A stretch of DNA of 64,000 bases from Anaerolineae bacterium (lineage in GTDB: Bacteria > Chloroflexota > Anaerolineae > Aggregatilineales > UBA3940). Under the pieces are notes generated by a model that worked only from the letters and a program-made list of their open reading frames with translations, made no database searches and had not been told where the DNA came from. Positions 59,761-64,000 of the stretch are shown here, in pieces. The stretch is taken from positions 1,348 to 65,347 of the forward strand of contig JAFGLD010000205.1 in assembly GCA_016928235.1 (NCBI GenBank). The letters run 5' to 3'. The translations under genes were made by a program, and so were the position numbers. How positions within the stretch are numbered: the stretch's first letter is position 1; each line of letters starts with the position of its first letter.

Positions 59761-62700
59761 CTATCGCAAATCGCGGTAATTTCCTCCCCATGCCCAGCCG
59801 TGGCACCACCAGCATCCCCAATAATATCGTGGCACGATCACTGGGGCTCCGGCAATCGTCGTGTTACCGGCCGCATCGGTTACCTGGTACATCATGGTAT
59901 ACACACGGCCGAATCCATAGATCCAACGCTCCGCGCGCAGCCGGAAGGTCAAATCATCGACAATAATGATATCATTGGGCCGATCCCCAGGCCACAGGCC
60001 ACTATCGGCTTCGCTCGATGTCACCGAGAGCAGTGTTACGGTTGGGTTGGGATCGACATTGTCAGCCGCTATGACTGTTGCCACGACATCGACATATTTG
60101 TGGTTGGCCTGCCAGAGCCACTGTGGCGAGACAGATACTGACAGCGTTGGGGCAATCGCATCTTGCATGCTCAAGCCGATTACCACCGGGTCGTGGTCCG
60201 AGGCCCGGTAGGCATCCGGCGCGTAGATGGTATCCTGGGCATCTTGCTTGTAGGTCATATCGTAGTCGATCAGATCGGGCTCATCAGCATTGATGTGCCA
60301 GTCAACTACACCGGTGACTTTATCCAGAAGGCTCGGACTGGCCAGCGCATGGTCAAGATAACCTAACTGCCCATCGAAAACATACGAATAAGCAAGCTCA
60401 CCCTGGAACAGCGATACCAGATCGGTGTAACCGCCGGCTTTGAAGGCATCGATTGGATCTTCTTTGGCATACGAGTTCATGTCGCCAATGATCAGGAAAG
60501 CATCGCTGCTACTGCCGGTCGGGTCGCCGGCCAGCCAATCGACCAGGGCCTCGACGGCCGCCTTACGGGTCAGGTTACAGTTGCCTGCGCCATCACCCAG
60601 ATCCGGATCGCCAATATCGATACAATCCGACCCCTTGGATTTGAGGTGGTTGACCACCACAGTGAAGACCCCGCCGGTAGCATTATCCCGGAAGGTTTGT
60701 GCCAGCGCCGGGCGGTTTTTAGTGTCGATGAAGCGGCTGTCGACCGACGCGTCGAGAACGGTGTAGCTGCCGGCTAGTGAAACGTCGGCGGGCTTGTAGA
60801 TGATTGCTACCCGGATCTCATCGACACCGATAGGGCCGGTATCGACGTAAGCATAGGTGCCGGCGCCCATGACAGCGTTCAAGGCATCGACCAGATTCTG
60901 GATGGCCTCAGTGTTATTCTCGATCTCGATCAGGCCGGCCACATCGGCATCGATGGTTTGCAGGGCAGCAACGATCTTGGCCTGCTGGCGGGCGAACTCC
61001 TCGGGTGTCTTTGCCCCACGGCTGTTGAGGGTGGTGAAGTAGTTCAACACATTGAAGGAAGCCACCTTCAGTGTGCCGCCCACACCATCAGGCTGTGCCA
61101 CACGTGGATTGACAGAGAGATAGTCGGCACCTTGGGTGGGCTGAATGCGCCACAGGTCATAGCTGTAATCGAGCACTCCGATCACATTCTGGAGCACATC
61201 TCCGCCTCTGAACAGATTGTTCAGGTCGAAGATTCCGCCGTTAGGGTGGCGTGCCGGGTCAGGGTTCTGCACGCTGCGGCCGTCATCGAGTGTAATGCGG
61301 CCCAACAGGTTGTCCTGAGCCAGTTGAGCTGCTTCCGGCGAGCCGGGCTCGAAGAGACTGGTCGGCTGGTACTGGCGACCGGCAGTCAGGACGATCTCGC
61401 CGTAACGGTCGAATTCGAAATACTCGGAGATGGATAGCGGCTGCGGGAAAACAACCAGCATACCCTCATAAGGCTCAAAATCATCCAGGCTGGTCACTGG
61501 CAGCGACAGGAGTGTGGCATCGGGCAGGCTGTTGCCGGTGGAGCAGATCATGATCAGGCTCACCGAGGTGATCTCGGTCAGATTGTAATATTCGTCGACT
61601 GTACCACGCACGCGGACAGCATCTCCTGCGTTGACATCTATCCCGGTAGCATAGACGAAGATGCCATCTGATGTGGCGGTGTCTCCATCACCCGCAGCAT
61701 CCTGTAGAAAGAAACCGCTCTTCTGGTCACTGTTCTGGAAATCGCCGGTGACGATACCCTCGGTGGTGATTTCGCTGCCATCCAACAAGCTGGCAGCGGT
61801 GCTGCCCTGGATGGTGTAGATAGGTGTGAAGGGATCGCCGCACACTTCGGATGGTTGAGTGTAAACCTGATTGGCCATGCCGGGCGTGTTGTAAGCCTCC
61901 CCCACGGCGATCGAGCCACCGAAGCCTGGCAGCCCCGCGCCATCGAAGTCGTTGCGGACCCAGACGGTGCCGCCGTCCGGAATACGTGACGCGCCGCCTG
62001 GCGTGAAGGACTGCCCGTCGAAGCCAGGCGACAGCGTGGCAGCAGCATAACCCCAATCATCCGCGCCACCGTCTGACACAGCCACGCTATCGGCAATCAT
62101 CGACCAGGGAAGGACGTCCAGAGTGCCATTATCATCACTGTCCAGGTCCATACCCTGGCTGCCGATAAAGCCATCGACCAGCAGCAGCGTGACCGTGCCG
62201 TTCTCGAAGCCATCCGCCAGATACCCACTGAGCCAGCAGCCATTGGCATCGGTAATGCCAACCGGCAGCACACTGTCGATCAGGCCCGCATCTGGGCTGT
62301 CGCCTTCGATTTGGATGAGAGTATAGGTAGTATAGTCAGTATCAGGCGTGCCCAGCACCTCGACGTATTCATAGGTGTCTATGCCGGTGTGGTTGAAGAC
62401 AAACTCGTTGATCTGGGGAACTTCGATGACCGGTCCGGTAGCATGGCTGCCCAAGCCATCGAAGGTATTGTTGGCAAATCCATCCCACTCCACAGCGGGG
62501 TCGAAGACATCAGAGGAATTGGTATCGCCCGCTAAAATGCCGGACTTACGCCGCAAGGTATTGTCCTGGGTACTGGTGAGGCTGCTTCCCCACTCACTGC
62601 CGGGGTCAAAGCCGATCTGGCCGATAACATCAACAAGCACTCCTCCTCTGAGCAAGACAATGGCATCATCGCCATTGAACCAGCTTGTCCCTTGAAGCTG

Positions 62701-63051
62701 GTCGGCTTGCGCCAGGATGGTATCATCAGTGGCATTGGTCGGCGCCACAACATATACATCACCGTCCGCTACCGTTCCCGTCAAGTTGATGGTATAAGTG
62801 GATGTTCCGCCGTTGAAAGACATCTGGATACTGTAGCCGCCTGCTGCCAGGTCGACTGCTGCTCCGGTACCATTATGGATTTCGAGGGCTTTGTTATTGC
62901 CGGAACCTTCGATGTATTCCGAGAAGAACAGTTCGGATGCCGATGCTCGAGCGGGCAGTCGAGCCGGGGCCAGAACCAACAGAAACATCAGGATCAAAAG
63001 CGTGGTTATCAAACATCTCCAGCGATTTTGAAGCAACATATCTTTTGACAT
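59761..63051 (-). CDS. ExeM/NucH-family extracellular endonuclease (LTD + OB + EEP)
   Basis: LFFSEYIEGS.NNKALEI, GFFLQD, VASFNVLNYF, NHLKSKG, GDMNSY, LDHAL, SDHDPV. Confidence 0.92.
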   Translation of the reverse strand: MSKDMLLQNRWRCLITTLLILMFLLVLAPARLPARASASELFFSEYIEGSGNNKALEIHNGTGAAVDLAAGGYSIQMSFNGGTSTYTINLTGTVADGDVYVVAPTNATDDTILAQADQLQGTSWFNGDDAIVLLRGGVLVDVIGQIGFDPGSEWGSSLTSTQDNTLRRKSGILAGDTNSSDVFDPAVEWDGFANNTFDGLGSHATGPVIEVPQINEFVFNHTGIDTYEYVEVLGTPDTDYTTYTLIQIEGDSPDAGLIDSVLPVGITDANGCWLSGYLADGFENGTVTLLLVDGFIGSQGMDLDSDDNGTLDVLPWSMIADSVAVSDGGADDWGYAAATLSPGFDGQSFTPGGASRIPDGGTVWVRNDFDGAGLPGFGGSIAVGEAYNTPGMANQVYTQPSEVCGDPFTPIYTIQGSTAASLLDGSEITTEGIVTGDFQNSDQKSGFFLQDAAGDGDTATSDGIFVYATGIDVNAGDAVRVRGTVDEYYNLTEITSVSLIMICSTGNSLPDATLLSLPVTSLDDFEPYEGMLVVFPQPLSISEYFEFDRYGEIVLTAGRQYQPTSLFEPGSPEAAQLAQDNLLGRITLDDGRSVQNPDPARHPNGGIFDLNNLFRGGDVLQNVIGVLDYSYDLWRIQPTQGADYLSVNPRVAQPDGVGGTLKVASFNVLNYFTTLNSRGAKTPEEFARQQAKIVAALQTIDADVAGLIEIENNTEAIQNLVDALNAVMGAGTYAYVDTGPIGVDEIRVAIIYKPADVSLAGSYTVLDASVDSRFIDTKNRPALAQTFRDNATGGVFTVVVNHLKSKGSDCIDIGDPDLGDGAGNCNLTRKAAVEALVDWLAGDPTGSSSDAFLIIGDMNSYAKEDPIDAFKAGGYTDLVSLFQGELAYSYVFDGQLGYLDHALASPSLLDKVTGVVDWHINADEPDLIDYDMTYKQDAQDTIYAPDAYRASDHDPVVIGLSMQDAIAPTLSVSVSPQWLWQANHKYVDVVATVIAADNVDPNPTVTLLSVTSSEADSGLWPGDRPNDIIIVDDLTFRLRAERWIYGFGRVYTMMYQVTDAAGNTTIAGAPVIVPRYYWGCWWCHGWAWGGNYRDLR

Positions 63052-63413
63052 CTACCGCTCCATTCTCTTTGGTAATCGCTTACGAAACACTCACTGACTA
63101 TCACTCGATGATTAAGGGTTTTACATTGATGGGTAAACAGTGGCCCATTTTCAGTGATCGGGTTAAAGCCACAGGCCGAAAGTCACACGTCACGAGAACA
63201 TAAGCGTCAACTTAAACATAAAAAACATCCCGATCTCTTGATCTCTTGCAACAAAGATCCTGATCTTTTCCCAAAAACATTTCGATCTTTTTCTTGACTT
63301 GCCAAATCTGTCGTCGATCAACAAAGACGGAAAATGACCTTAAATTGACAGTTATGGTTGTCCTATAACGGAAAATTTGCAATCAGGCCGTAGTCTGCAA
63401 AGATAGCTGCGGA

Positions 63414-63502
63414 GTAACTATTCAGCGGTTAGCTGTAAACTAAAACTCGTCACTCAAAACTCAAAACTGTCAAGCAGCCGGCACCAATAACTGAATAGTT
63501 AC
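63414..63502 (-). mobile_element. MITE copy 2 (89 bp) with 8-bp target-site duplication
   Basis: GTAACTATTCAG...CTGAATAGTTAC flanked on both sides by GCTGCGGA. Confidence 0.9.
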
Positions 63503-63885
63503 GCTGCGGAGAATATACTCAGTGTATCATACTTAAGTGCATTCGCTGCATTCACCCATCGATGACACTCACTGGAAAAGAGTACCGAGTGATGAGTGAC
63601 GGGCTATTGTTCTCGTCGACAGTTTTTCTGTATGCTCTTTGAAAAACGCCAGGATACACGTGAACAGATATGGATACAATTTTGAGTGGGACTGAACATC
63701 ATAACCGATTCAGTTCTTTCTCGTTCATTGTTAGTAGCCTGTCCATTTTCTCCCCTTCTCTTTCTTGCATGTTTTTCTTGAAGGGGACATTATCACTTTG
63801 GGCTAACAAAATAATTCTCTACTTTGCTATTTGTCGTTATACTATTTCCTATCTGAAGCCACTACCTGGCCAAGAGAGAAGAATA

Positions 63886-64000
63886 ATGCCGAAGCAAGAT
63901 CACGATCTATACCTCATTCAACAAGTATTGGAAGCTCTCCAGCGGGGCGAATTCGACCATCCATTTGATACATCAAATTTACCGGGCGATGTTAGCTCAG
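63886..64000 (+). CDS. Start of an ORF running off the window
   Basis: Purine-rich RBS then MPKQDHDLYLIQQVLEALQRGEFDHPFD, open to the window end. Confidence 0.45.
   Translation, partial: MPKQDHDLYLIQQVLEALQRGEFDHPFDTSNLPGDVSS

Noticed and set aside
63125-63200. c-di-GMP riboswitch-like sequence
   Set aside because: Lacks the GGCAAAC..GAAA..GACGCAAAGC architecture

Overview
Bacterial chromosomal window, moderately GC-rich. Gene content and intergenic repeat types suggest Chloroflexota (Anaerolineae-like); this is inferred, not proven. Main blocks: (1) a partial alpha/beta hydrolase divergent from a NarL-type two-component pair, then an ABC3 (FtsX/MacB) exporter; (2) a ~16 kb beta-mannan/manno-oligosaccharide locus (GH130 phosphorylase, sugar ABC importer, two AGE-family epimerases of which one is a lipoprotein, a large FtsX-type permease with two ATPases, two GH5 enzymes) containing an inverted-repeat-bounded 21-bp tandem array; (3) bfr, a zone of gene remnants, and mce; (4) two tandem rifampin-phosphotransferase-architecture dikinases plus a TetA-like MFS; (5) secG, pfkA and an Opp/Dpp-family importer with a LacI-type operator; (6) an IS607 remnant hit by a MITE, a hexapeptide-repeat protein with an acyl-ACP-reductase-like gene, a secreted esterase and an ExeM nuclease. 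No rRNA, tRNA or CRISPR array was seen. All calls come from reading motifs by eye; no database searches were run.
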